The notes under the pieces were generated by a model, which saw only the letters and a list, made by a program, of their open reading frames with translations, did not search any database and had not been told where the DNA came from. A stretch of 61,171 nt of DNA, counting the filler, from Sphacelaria rigidula (taxonomy: Eukaryota), in assembly GCA_964200075.2 (NCBI GenBank). It is 6 parts of 6 records of this genome, joined end to end, with 100 filler letters (N's around TTAATTAATTAA, not from the genome) between each part and the next. Parts side by side here need not be neighbours in the genome. Positions count along the whole stretch, not along the records: positions 30,638 to 40,749 come from CAXNAA020007112.1; positions 40,850 to 50,960 come from CAXNAA020007113.1; 4 more parts are not named here. One strand, written 5' to 3'. Shown in pieces: positions 37,656 through 49,243 of this stretch. Position numbers and translations under genes: made by a program. How positions within the stretch are numbered: the stretch's first letter is position 1; every line of letters starts with the position of its first letter.

Positions 37656-38136
37656 GGTCGGATGTTATGGCACACAGATTTCTGGCCCACGGATTGTTCA
37701 CTTTCGGGACGTTTGGGCCACTTTTTGACCCCCTAACAGGGAAATTCGCGAACACACGTCTTGTACACTTTGCATCACCCCAGAGAGAGGAACCTAGTCT
37801 GCTTTTCAGATTCGCTTGGCTCCGACGTTTCGAGATTGGCTGTTGAACAAAAATCGTGTGCAAAAATCTGTGCTTGCCGACCCCCGCCAGTTTGCCCAAT
37901 AATCTGTGGAGATCACCGCAGATTTTATTGCACACGGATTATCGTTCAGCGGCCGCTATCGAAACCTTGGAGCCAAGCGAATCTGAAACGTGGGCTAGGC
38001 TCCTCTCTGTAGGGTGATGAAAAGTGTTCAAGACGTGTGTTGGCGATTTCCCCTGTTTGGGGGTCAAAAAGTGGCTCACACGTCCCAAAAGTGAACAACC
38101 CGTGGACCAAACATCTGTGTGCCATAACATCCGGCC
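37656..38136. repeat. Long inverted repeat / fold-back element (~215-bp arms, ~45-bp spacer)
   Basis: GGTCGGATGTTATGGCACACAGAT...TGTGCAAAAATCTG pairs with CAGATTTTATTGCACA...ATCTGTGTGCCATAACATCCGGCC. ORFs 37436(+) and 37946(-) translate to similar peptides as a result. Confidence 0.9.
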
Positions 38137-39082
38137 GAACTGCTCGTGGGTTCCTACCCTCTTTTTTGGCAGTGGCTGCTGGCAATACCTGGGACGAAAT
38201 AATATTGAAGCAGGTGCCAAATATCAGGCGTCACATTTTTCGCCCGGTTCCCTGTTGATTCGGTAGACAAGACTCCCGCCAGGTAGAATTACAGCAACAC
38301 ATGCCGCGATTCTTGCTCGGCTAAACGACGGCAAAAAAAGAAGATTGCTGACCTAATGCTCAGAAAATGTGCCGTTGGAGTGCCTCCATTGGCGTATTTT
38401 TCATCTGAAGATATTTCCCGAAAATTCGAAACGGTAACAATCCCGTTGTCAAGCCTCAGCGCGGACATGTCTCAGACACGATGCAGACGATTCCGATTCA
38501 AGTGACAATGACGCTGATTCCAGAAGTGTGCAAACCGTAGAAAATGATGCCGATTCAAATTTGAATGCGAATTCGAAAGACACGCGAAAGCTGTTGCATC
38601 TAGGAATCGCGAACAATGAACGAAACGTGACGGCAGCCGAGCAGAAAAAAGGCAAGCGCGCCGAGATCAAAACACGCTCAAGGTGTTCAAGCCCTGTCCG
38701 GAGAGTAGACTGTGTTCAGGCGAGAGCGATATTACGCTGGTCGTCTCACGCCGTCATCTCGATTTTCACTATTCTCTCTCGTTTCTCACTATTCTCAAGT
38801 GGATATCACTATTCTCAAGTGGACATGATAAAGTGAAAGTGATGCCAATTCCAACTGCAGCCAGGCCACGCCGAAATGCCCATGTTGTCAAAGGGTCCAC
38901 GGAGACGCGGAACAGGGAAGACAGGACAAGGCATCGCAACGCTACAACGCCTATGCAGACTCCAACGCGAAAACGTAAATAGTACTCCACACTCAAGCAG
39001 AAACAGAACACACTCTAGTGTCCAGTGGAATACTAGGGAAAATAACAGCGGAATGTATTCTGAAACTAAAGAAAGAACAGTC

Positions 39083-39507
39083 GATCACCCAATCGAGGGG
39101 GACCTCTTCACTGAGGATGTATTCTGGGAGAATCCAAATACTCGCATCCACACCAATTATTCGAGATTCTATGATTACATTTCTTCGTCTGCCGGTGGCT
39201 ATTGGCAACTACTGTACGCTATACAAGATTATATTCCCATATGGGAATCCTACGTGAAGAAGTGAATGTTGGGTAATCATGTGGTCCGGCCGGATCCCGT
39301 TAATACTCAACATTCTCTTTTTCATTTAGGACCCCCGAATTTCAGTAATCGGAATTCGAGTTTTGTACAGCATGTGGCAGTTGTCAATAGCTGCCAGCAG
39401 ACGAAGAAATGAAACTATGAAATGTCGAAGAACTGGTGTGAGTACGAATTTTCATATTCTCCGGGTTTCCATCCTCAATGAAAAGCTCCATCCTCGAACG
39501 GATGATC
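39083..39507. repeat. Older inverted repeat (~145-bp arms, ~135-bp spacer)
   Basis: CATTTCTTCGTCTGCCGGTGGCTATTGGCAACT pairs with AGTTGTCAATAGCTGCCAGCAGACGAAGAAATG; pairing extends out to GATC ends. Confidence 0.8.
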
Positions 39508-39827
39508 AGCTACCAGAAGCATCATGCATTTCAGCTCGGGTCATTGCTGGGGAATATATCAGTTTCTGCTGGCTTCTTTATGGCCTCCTTTCCCGGCTCT
39601 GCGTCATGAAAATGTTTCAATTCGTGAAGACCGGAACGCCGACAGAAGCTCATGATCCCAACAAAAATTGTGCCAATTCGTCAAAACCGGAACGCCGACC
39701 AAGCTCACGATCCAAAAGAAAGTGATCATTAGTCGTGAAAATCCGTGAGAAACTGGATGCGAAACAATCCGAAAAACTATGTCGTTTCAATTTTGGAATG
39801 ATGGGACTAAAATTAGAAATAATAATA

Positions 39828-40127
39828 AACAGCGTTTTCGTGATATTGAGAGTTGAGCCCTGACTAAGAGTGGCTTCGATTATTCGCTTTAACTCAGTCA
39901 CTTTTTCATTCCGGGTATGCTTTTCTTTGCCTCCATTACTGGCGTGTCCTTACAGCTACACTTCGATATTCTACTCAGGGATACCAAGGGTCTCAGTGGC
40001 AAGCTACTACCGAAATAATATAGGGCCTCGTGGAGGGGCATTTTGGAACTAATACGCCTCATTCATTGATTGCCCGATTTTCACTCTCAATCGTATCCTT
40101 TACTCTAAATCTCACGGAAACATTGTT
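39828..40127. mobile_element. MITE family B, copy 2
   Basis: Same TIRs and internal blocks as 9114-9417. Confidence 0.8.
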
Positions 40128-41161
40128 GATAGTAGAAACCGAGTAATGCAACGGTAGGGGTGCATGAATATTGTCTTGGATTACAATTGTTAGGAGCTCT
40201 TCATCTCATCCAAGACACGGCTTATGAAATATGTGAGAGTACGCGACGACCACTATTTCAATGTGCTAGAGATATCGCGAATGAATTTTCAAACTTGGAT
40301 TCCCTGGCCCATATTCTTGTGCAGCTAGGATCGTTAGGAACCCCTGAACCAGACAAGAGTTTGCGCAGAACATGCACCCATACCGTAGCATTACTCAACC
40401 GTTGCATCTAGCGCGCCTCGTCGTAACAATGAATAGCATGTGCGGCAGAGTAGCAGCATCAGCTGCAGTAACAGTACAGACAGTAATCAAGGAAGCACAG
40501 TGGAGGGGATGCGATTTATGTGCAAGATCACAACACGCTTGAGGTATCCCGGCTTTGCCACGACAGGTTTGTGGAGAGCGATAATATGCTGCCGTTTTCA
40601 ACTTCAACTGCATATGATGCCGATTCAGGTTCTGAGTGAAAACGATTCCAGCTATCCGCCAATTCCACGACGGTATGCAGGCCCGCGTACGCATGGACGA
40701 CGGGGAGCTCTCGGAGTGGTTCGAAGTCACACAGGGACTGCGACAAGGANNNNNNNNNNNNNNNNNNNNNNNNNNNNNNNNNNNNNNNNNNNNTTAATTA
40801 ATTAANNNNNNNNNNNNNNNNNNNNNNNNNNNNNNNNNNNNNNNNNNNNTTAGACGCCAGACACGTCATTCCTGACCAGCCTCATTGGTCGTTCTGGAGG
40901 CCCGGTCCCAAAAGGGTTAATCAACCATGAAAACATCTTGTATCTGTCGTAAAAAAAAGTTCAACCGCCCTTGAATTTGGCACTTCGGTACGTGTTGGTG
41001 CTCCAGAGGGTAAAAAGAATGTCTGCTTTTCAGCATTTCTCCACCCTTTACCCGAGTATTTCTTTCGGGGGTCTTCACGCGGAGACCCCCGGAAGCTGGT
41101 ACAGAATGCCTCAAAGAAATAAACAATAGATAGAAAAACCATGTGTCCCGAGATATACGGT

Positions 41162-41704
41162 AGTAGGCAGTCTAATTATTCAGGGGGGTTTCGAGTTTTT
41201 CCTCGCGTACTACTCTTCGATAGAAGTCGAAATTGCTAGCGTCGGTATATTTTGGTACAATAAACAGATCATCCTCAGAACACAGTGCCCAAGTCAGTGC
41301 TAGTTGGTGTTATCGGGCAAAACGAGTAAATACCCCGTTCATCAGGAGGGTGCTATTGACCGTAAAACACAGTTTTTCAGCTCTAGTGCAATGAGTAGGC
41401 AGAATTTTAATACAATAAAACTGTACATTCTTTTAGAAATATGATCGGGACAGTCTCGATCGGCCGAAAATACCGAAGGGTAAGAATCTGGGCTGAAACG
41501 TCGCAGGACCCCCGATGACCGATCAGCCCGTAAGTCACTGAATATTTAGTACAGATGATATTTTTTTCTTGGAATGTGGAATGTATACAAATATCTTCAG
41601 ATTCACAATGTGATGAGTGGTGGTAAGCGAAACGAGCTGAAGAAAATCGCCAAATACGAAGAAATCGCAAAATGCCTCAAGATGAATAGTTAGACCGCCC
41701 ACTG
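41162..41704. mobile_element. MITE family D, copy 2
   Basis: Ends AGTAGGCAGTCTAATTATTCA and TGAATAGTTAGACCGCCCACTG; collinear with the reverse complement of 29155-29686. Confidence 0.8.
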
Positions 41705-42029
41705 CTGTAATGGTCCAAAGGACATTTGTACGGAGCGCCGTTGCTTAACGCCAAACCTACCCGAAAAATTCGCATCAATGGTAAAACGAAGTAATCAGGA
41801 GTTTGTACCTCTTAAGGCCACTTTGTCGTACACAAGCGAAAATCACGTCGAGTTTTGAATCCAGACGCTGGAAATATGGACATATTTATGCTGCACGGCA
41901 TTTTAATGCTTTGAACGAACGGTGTTTTTCGCTCTTTCCTTTCTCGCCGATTTTCGGGGTTCCGAAAATGGCATGTTTCTCCCCAAACTGATAACATATT
42001 TCTCAAACACCATCGCTTGAATTTTTCCA

Positions 42030-42195
42030 CACCCTGGACAACATATGATCAATAGATGCAATAGACGAGAAGTGCACAGTATAAACTATAGGCCTATTGC
42101 AACTATTGCCGGCCGACAATAGTCGCAATAGGTATATACTTTACGCAACACTTTTCTTGTCTATTGCAACTATTTACCATATATTATCCAAGGTG
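42030..42195. mobile_element. Hairpin-forming mini-MITE family C, copy 2 (whole element is an imperfect palindrome)
   Basis: CACCCTGGACAACATATG...CATATATTATCCAAGGTG followed by TA; centre CTATTGCAACTATTG-CCGGCCGA-CAATAGTCGCAATAG. Confidence 0.8.
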
Positions 42196-43364
42196 TACAA
42201 TTTTCGAAATGCCCCATAGTATATATGCGCACACACTATCAGAGCCTAACCCGTAAAATCGGCGTGGACATTCTCGGATGCCTGAATTTTTGGTCGAAAG
42301 CGTGAACCAGCCTGTAGCTGGAAGTAGTCAACCAGTCAAAGCCACAGATCACTGCGCGGCACGGGCCACTGTGTTGTGTTTGCCTCGTTCAGGGCGTCAA
42401 GTGGATGTGTGGCATACTGCAGTGTATCCACCACGTGTACGTGACGAGAAAAGTAGAAGTAGTGTTGAAGGAATCTTACCCTTTTTGCTGGGACTGGAGT
42501 AGCTCGCGCTCTAAAGAGGAATACACGAAAGTCAAGGTTTCTATCACTCTCTAGTCTATCGTGAGACCACGGCTGAACCCCTGGGGGGTTAGTTGAAGTG
42601 CGACAATCATTCAAATCAATCGTTCAAATCATTATAGTCCCCCTCCTTGTCCTCCCCCTACTTTCAAGCCGATATCGTTATCGTCATCCCGGCAAATGAA
42701 ACAAATTGGTGAAATATTGGACCCCTTCGGCACATGCATAACCGCGGCTCGCACGAAGCGTTCAGTACGATTCGCTCGAAATTCCATGTGTGTGCAGGCT
42801 GTAGCTGTCTCTACACGTCCTCAATGTAACCCCAGCAAGGACGACAAATCTTGTCTTCCTGTGCTGATGATTCCCAGTTTTCTTGAGGGTACGGCCGCCG
42901 CGCCCCGCTGGTTTTACGGGGACGGGTACATCTTGAGGTGGTTGGGATCAAACGTTGAGGGTTCGGATCCCATGAGGTGGCAATCTTGTTCTGAGAATGA
43001 TCTGGTCGCCGTCGTCAAACATGAGGACGTGGATGACAGAGAAAATATGACGAGTGTGGACAGGGAGCAGGAGTGCTGGTCCTATCCGCGGCAACAACTT
43101 GCCGAACACGTACCGGGGAAGAGATATGTTGTGATTGATCCCCCTTGAGCCGTAGGTTCGTCTCGAGGCAGGGGAGGGGTTTAGAGAAACGGTACACGTT
43201 AGGTGTTTCTTCTCGCTGGGGGCGGGGAAAGATTGTATTGTATATTGTACAAGATTCGTATATTGAGATCAAACCAAAATATACCCATGGAGTAAACGAG
43301 AACATTTAGTTACTGTACCCTTTTCACGTGCCGGACACCCCCCCCCCCCCCCCTTTTAGTGAGA

Positions 43365-43673
43365 TCCATTAGGTAGTGTGTAACCCGTGGCTGTCTCTGG
43401 AAATGTCGATACCAGAAAATGAAGCAACTCATTGGAGGCTGTCATCCATACGCGAGGTAATCCGTACGCTTCGGCCCGAACTATCTTGGTAGGATGCAGC
43501 TCACCCTTCACGCGACTCGCCAAACACGTCACGGCGCTTCGCGGATAGTGTTTGCGAGCCTGGTCCGGTGAGAACGCGACGTGCTCCGTCTCGGCTTCGT
43601 AGGGATGCGAGGTCAATGATCTTATGCCTACGACATGCAAGATCATGAGTAAACCGCCCCCTTGTGAGTGTAA
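43365..43673 (-). repeat. Repeat family A, copy 3, interrupted by a mariner insertion at TA 43674-43675
   Basis: Aligns by eye with 11470-11770; similarity stops at the mariner TIR. Confidence 0.7.
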
Positions 43674-43675
43674 TA

Positions 43676-45153
43676 CTTTTTCTGTCCCATAAGTCTGGTC
43701 GGTTACGGGCGTTTTTTTGTTTGAGTGCAACGGTGTTGACGATGACCTCATAGCTGGGTCCTATAGAAAGGAAAAGCGCAGACGAAGCTGATGAAAGAAT
43801 ATAAAAAAATAACCTCGTTTTCAATACTAAAATCAGATCAGAATATACCCTATTTCGGCGTTTTTTTTTGTAATTCTTATGAGAATTCCTACGAGATATT
43901 TGTCGTTTTTTTTTTTTTTTGAGAATTCGTGTTAAACAGCCCGCACCTAGCCCACACCTAGCCCACACCTAGCCCACAAACATCACAGTACGATGGACTT
44001 GCCCCCGAGTACCCCTCCCCCCCCTCGCCGAACGGGAGGCGAGCTACAATTGGGTCGCCGCTATGTGATTGCGATGTAGGTGGAAGTTGCGCTCGCTATT
44101 CCATCGGGCAAAGTGAGACTGCCCAAGGGCTCGCTGGGGCCAATTTGCAAACGCTACGGTGTTGGTCCTGAGTACCCAACGAAATTGTGCAAATCGCCGA
44201 AGCCCAGATCGACGCTTCTAAGGAGGTTGATCTTTCGAACAACACGATGGCTGGACGCCCGTCGCTGCTCGCGCCAACAAAGGTTGCGGCGCTGAAGAGC
44301 ATCAACAGGCAGAATCGGTCATTTACGCTCCGGCAGGTGTCCGATAAGCTGAAAGACATGGGGCTGGATTACGGTACGGAGACCGTGCGGCGGTGGTTCA
44401 AGAAAGAGGGGGCGGCAAATGTGGCTCCGCATCAAACCCCCCCTTTCCCTTGCTCAAAACCTTCGCCAAATCGACTTCATGTGCGATCACGTTGACGAGA
44501 TGACCGGGAATTTCCTCGACCGACCACTTTTTTTTTCTGGCACTTTTTTTGCTGCTGAGAAAGAGGCGAAATACGGCCATTTTTGGGCCGACTAATTTTC
44601 AGCAGCCGTTCGGCCGCATAGTTCAACAGCAAGCTGCAATATATGTATATATAGAGAGATAATATTTCGAACTCACGAGCGTCAAACATACTTTGTAACG
44701 AGGTGTCCACGAGGTTTGATGCTGATTTTAGTGTGCAAGTTCCTCCGCACCCGCCCCGAGAGATGACTGTTCGGGCCAATGCCGATGCCAGGGGCCCGAT
44801 CAGCGGATTCGTGCTTTACTTTGTGCGGGGGTACACATGCGTTCGCGACCGTTCGAACGGGCGCGCGATCGCGGTGGTCCTGCAATGTTTCCGGTGGGTT
44901 TGAACATTTCGAGAGAGGATCTATTCTCACGACGGCTTGGCAAGGCAAGAATACCGAGACCCTTGAAATAGACGGACGGGACCGGGGCGCAGCCCCGGGT
45001 CCCGTGCGGCTTGTGTATATATAATATATATATGTATGCTCCCAACTAGAAAAACAGCCGAGAAATAAAATATATATATATATCGAAAATCAGATCGGAC
45101 ACGGGTCAGGGCTCGTACAAACATAACCGACCGGACTTATGTGACGGAGGGAG
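43676..45153 (+). mobile_element. Stowaway-type (Tc1/mariner) element with truncated transposase
   Basis: Right TIR reverse complement CTCCCTCCGTCACATAAGTCCGGTCGGTTATG; left TIR CTTTTTCTGTCCCATAAGTCTGGTCGGTTACG (25/32 identical); TA on the left flank. Confidence 0.85.
43993..44523 (+). pseudogene. Mariner-family transposase N-terminal (HTH) remnant; catalytic domain absent
   Basis: MDLPPST...ICKRYGV...GRPSLL...FTLRQVSDKL...GTETVRRWFKK...RIKPPLS, with a stop and frameshifts. GRP linker, second HTH and IKP motif are typical of Tc1/mariner. Confidence 0.75.
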
Positions 45154-45363
45154 TGTGTTACTGTCAGTCACTCGGAACCCCCACGTGCGACCCCAGTGAG
45201 TAAATCTTAATCTTGTCTGTTTCTACATGAAGTGGATCAGGACAACGCAACCGCTGGAACATACACTACTTACTTCTTGTACGACAAGCAAAAGCACAAC
45301 GACGACGACGACGGCAACAACGATCGAAACCTGTAAACCTATACTGCTGTGTTGTGCTTGCAG

Positions 45364-45598
45364 GGAGCCGGCGTCCAGGTGCGTGGCTACAGCGCGACTC
45401 CGAGAGAGTGATGCCGCAAGCCAGCAGCTGTTGGAGATATGCCGCCAGTGCGCCGGCCATTCGCCACCGGAGCTTTTCGGGCTCGAGTCGTGCGGCTCCC
45501 TGGAGTGTCCCGTGTTTTTCGAGCGTCATCGTGCTAAGCTTAAAGGACGAGAGGCGAGAGAGCTGTGCGATGCGCTGGGGTTGCTTTCATCTTCGTGA
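45364..45598 (+). CDS. REV3: Terminal exon of DNA polymerase zeta catalytic subunit (CysB cluster of the C4 domain)
   Basis: ttgcag acceptor, then ...LLEICRQCAGHSPPELFGLESCGSLECPVFFERHRAK...stop. ICxxC...CxSLxCPVFFER fits REV3 better than Pol delta (WTQCQRCQG...SRDCPIFY). Upstream exons were not found in this contig. Confidence 0.8.
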
Positions 45599-45969
45599 CG
45601 GTGGTGAAAGCGCGCGAGCGTGACAAGAAAGACACCCGGAGAGATTGATTGACAATTATTGATTTCATTGTATTTTCTTATCTTCCCATCTTATGTTGTT
45701 CAGTCTCCAGTGCGCAGGCTCTACACGCAGAGGATCTCTTTTGAACAGAACTCTAGACAGTAGATCTACTTGGAATTCATGTACTTCCAGTTCTATGAGA
45801 CATTTCGATTACCGGTTTAGTCGCTGTTACTACACTGTGTAGACACCAGTACGTGGCAAGGTAGTCGGAGAGGTCGGACGCCGGTACTTTTAAGCTTCCA
45901 GTAGGTCTCCTCTAGTTCAATCGGTGTTTTACGGATCTTTCGTAGTGTAGGTGCCTTGTTTTCGTGTAA

Positions 45970-46078
45970 ATGTTTTGTTTCTCGCCTTTCTCTGTTGGCT
46001 GCTTGATGATATGTGTATGGATGGTAAGATCCTTGCACTCTGTGACTACGGGTTCGAGAGATCGAGCTAATTTCACGA

Positions 46079-46142
<64 letters not shown>

Positions 46143-46149
46143 TAATAAT
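45970..46149 (+). repeat. Retroposon 3' end with (TAA)n tail; second copy at ~47520-47675 with a mixed (AAC/AAT) tail
   Basis: TGTTTCTCGCCTT(T/C)CTCTGTTGGCTG..TATGGATGGTA..CCTTGCACTCTGT..GAGATCGAGC..CGAAATAA occurs in both copies. Confidence 0.8.
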
Positions 46150-46495
46150 GATAGTTTCCAAAACTGGAAAAATTAGAGTGTTGGTTCGGGACATGATTTC
46201 TTTTAAAATTAGGTTCGGTTTTATGTATACATATATGTAGGCTAAGATGACGAAGGTTGAAAAGAGGAAAATTGTTACGTAAAGAAACGTTGGTAACTTT
46301 GGACTGGAGTCCGGGGCTTTGGAGCTCACTGTTTGGCTGTACATGCGCATGGGAGACGTGAAAATCTGATAAATAGAAATTATTTTAGCTAAGGGCACTC
46401 CTTGAAGGGACAGAAAAGTATATACATGTACATATTGTTTGATTCTGTCACTTCGCACGTTTGTTTGTTTTGCCTCTGTCACGTAATATCACGAA

Positions 46496-46791
46496 AACAA
46501 TGTTTTCGTGAGATTGAGCGTCTTGCGTTAAATGAGATTGAGTTTTATTAGTCGCTCAATCTTGACTTCTTTTTTTTTTGCGTATGCTTTTTTTGCCTCT
46601 GTCGTATGCACACAGCTACTGTACACGCCGATATCCTACTCATGGATATCAACGGCTTCAGTAGCAAGCTAGTACAGAGTGCGTATATAAAGCCTGGAGG
46701 GGCATTTCGGAACTGAAACTAATCAATTAATTGATGACCGCTCCTCACTCTCGATCGTATTCTATACTCTTCATCTCACGAAAACTTTGTT
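46496..46791. mobile_element. MITE family B, copy 3
   Basis: Same TIRs and internal blocks; abuts what looks like the end of another copy (ATCACGAAAACA). Confidence 0.8.
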
Positions 46792-47130
46792 CAAAGTGGC
46801 TAACGAAAGTTCCCGTGGGTTTTCGGACGCGACAAAAAAGTTGCCAAATTTTATTCGAAACTGATCAACATTTGTGAAACGTTATTTTATTATTACATTG
46901 CAAGTTGACCCTCGAAAGGGCAGCTCCCTACGCGTTGTTCAAGATTCTATGAAATCATGGTTCAATTGAGGGTGTTATCCTCCGACAAAAACCGTGCAAA
47001 ACACGACACCCACACCTAGGGGTTGGCACCGGCTGGAGAAAAACAAACAACCGGGTACACTGGCGGGTACCTTGGCCCGCAGTACCCGGTGCACCGGGTA
47101 TTCTCGAGTAGCCCTCGGTTTTCAGAGTCT

Positions 47131-47210
47131 TGTTAAGATGTCACAGATACCACTGAGCTAAACGGTCAGCGCTGACAGTTTAGCTCAGTGGTATCTGTGA
47201 TATCTCAACA
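47131..47210. repeat. 80-bp spacerless palindrome
   Basis: 37 of 40 positions pair; centre TCAGC|GCTGA. Confidence 0.95.
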
Positions 47211-47947
47211 GTTCTTCTTGGCAAACACGGACTCCCACCAACAACATGGTATCGCATTTACAGTCGCCACTTCACCACAGCAAAATCAAGCAAAGACACC
47301 AAACACGTGGCAGGGCATGGCATTAACATTGGGCACTCCTTGACCAAGTGTGGGCTGATTCGCACCGTGCCCCCCCCAATTAGGCAAGGCTTGCTTAACG
47401 AAGAAATGACCTTGGACAGCGCATCGATGTGATGGCTGGTTTCAGACACCAGGCCTTGAGTGACAAGGTGGTTTCTTTACTGATGCTTCTGGGATTTTTT
47501 CCCTCCTACACGTGTAGATGTTATGTTTCTCGCCTTCCTCTGTTGGCTGTTTGATCTATGAGTATGGATGGTATGTTCCTTGCACTCTGTAACCACGGCA
47601 GAGATCGAGCGAATGCGACCGAAATAACAACAATAACAGCAACGACAACGACAACAATAAGAACAATAATGATAATGTGATGTTGCCCACATCACCCCCC
47701 CCTCCCCCCCCTCTTTAATGGGCCTCTTTGTACGTTCTTTCAACGAGAAGATGTCTGTATGAGTATCCTTTTTCGCTGACTAGCGCGGTGAGGATGTACA
47801 CCTTTCTCCTCCTACGTGTGTTGGGTCTCCAAGCCAACAAACTGTACAGAAGACTTTTCCGTGAGTCTGCGAACCCTGCTTCGAAGTCACCCGCAGTTAG
47901 TTGTCTGGTCCCCCACCATCTTTTTTACGACCTTTTTTGTCCCCGCT

Positions 47948-48561
47948 CAAGGGTCTGTCGAGAAAAAAAAATCGGACACGGAGCCCCCCCCCTCCCGGAG
48001 GCCAATTTTCGAAAATTGTCATGATTTTTGCGATTTTTTCTTGTGATTTTCGCGATTTTTTTTGTTAAAATTGATGAAAGAATTGATCAACCAACACTGA
48101 CAAAAACCGAAAAGTCAGGCGGGCTTTGCGAGGTTCGTATATTTATTTGCTTCTGCTCCTTGCCCGCCCTGTCCCGATGACCTCGGATGCCGGCAACGCT
48201 CACACACATCTATATACAATACACGAGCGCACGGTAGCGACAGCCCGTAGCCAAAGTAGCAACATTATTTCACGCCTCGCCAAATTTTCCCGGAGACTAC
48301 TACTTAGTGGTAGGTGGTCGAGGCACACGACACGGAACATGATCCCAAATATGTTATCACGGTAGTTGATGAGCTTGGAGGGGCGGTGTGTCCGTCAGCG
48401 GTCTCCATGCCAGGATCTCTGTACACGACAGCTGACCGCATCCGCCAACGCCTCGGCAACAAACTAGGGGACAGCAGGCTGGGTGTCCCCCCCCCCTAAA
48501 AACTCGATTTTTTTTATCTTGGGGCCTACGTGTCCCGAAATATATTTTTGACAGACCCTTG
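47948..48561. mobile_element. Non-autonomous TIR element with 7-bp TSD (P-element-like)
   Basis: TIR CAAGGGTCTGTC, extending imperfectly to ~40 bp; TSD CCCCGCT at 47941-47947 and 48562-48568. Confidence 0.85.
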
Positions 48562-48687
48562 CCCCGCTCAACATTTTTTGCCATCACTTTCAGAGGGAGC
48601 CGGGGTTCGAAGCCAGGACCTTCTGTTCATGAAGCGTACGAGTTATCTCGTTGTTGTCGCCAATTTGAAAAGGTGGTATCCACACTC

Positions 48688-49243
48688 AACAATGTTTTCG
48701 TGAGATTGAGAGTAGAGGATACGATTGAGAGTGAGAAGCGCTCAATTCGTGGATGAATCGTTCCTGTTTCGAAATGCCCCTCCATGATGAGGTCCAATGT
48801 GCTTTCTGCAGCAGTTTGACACTGAGGTCCTTGATATCCCCGAGTAGGATATCGACGTGTAGCTGTAAGCACATGCTATTCATGGAGGCAAGGAGAAGCA
48901 CACCGGGAATGAAAAAATGGTTACGTCAAAACGAAAGACACTTTCTACGATAGTCCCCCCCCCAAAACAGCTAAAAGTGTCGCGGAAAATATGGCCATAC
49001 AGCGCCTGATGTTCGGGTCCAGGCTGCATGAATCGCCTCATATTGGCGACATTGGCTACAACGAACCCAAGCGTGGGAATTCGCAGCTTCTCGTTGTTCT
49101 CGGTTTTTCCTTTTTTATTTTACGTGACAAATTTGCTTCCCAAAACCATGCACTTTTGCGGGGGGGCTATCGTAGAAAGTGTCGCAAATGATCAAAGCCA
49201 CTTTCAATCAGCGCTTTACTCTTAATCTCCCGAAAGCGTTGTT
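48688..49243. mobile_element. MITE family B, copy 4 (inverted), split by a nested TIR element
   Basis: 48688-48925 and 49184-49243 together match the reverse complement of 9114-9417. Confidence 0.8.
48937..49183. mobile_element. Small TIR element nested in MITE B copy 4
   Basis: GACACTTTCTACGATAG...CTATCGTAGAAAGTGTC is a perfect 17-bp inverted pair that extends into C-run/G-run sequence. Confidence 0.8.

Noticed and set aside
42340-42400. Upstream REV3 CysA exon (DHCAAR..LC / PLCCVC)
   Set aside because: No single frame gives CxxC..CxxC with a phase-2 donor.
45817-46482. 221-aa ORF with poly-Leu membrane-like stretch (also 12343..12621, 12413..12694 poly-Val tail, 16440..16694, 51131..51814)
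   Set aside because: These are translations of microsatellites or low-complexity T-rich DNA.
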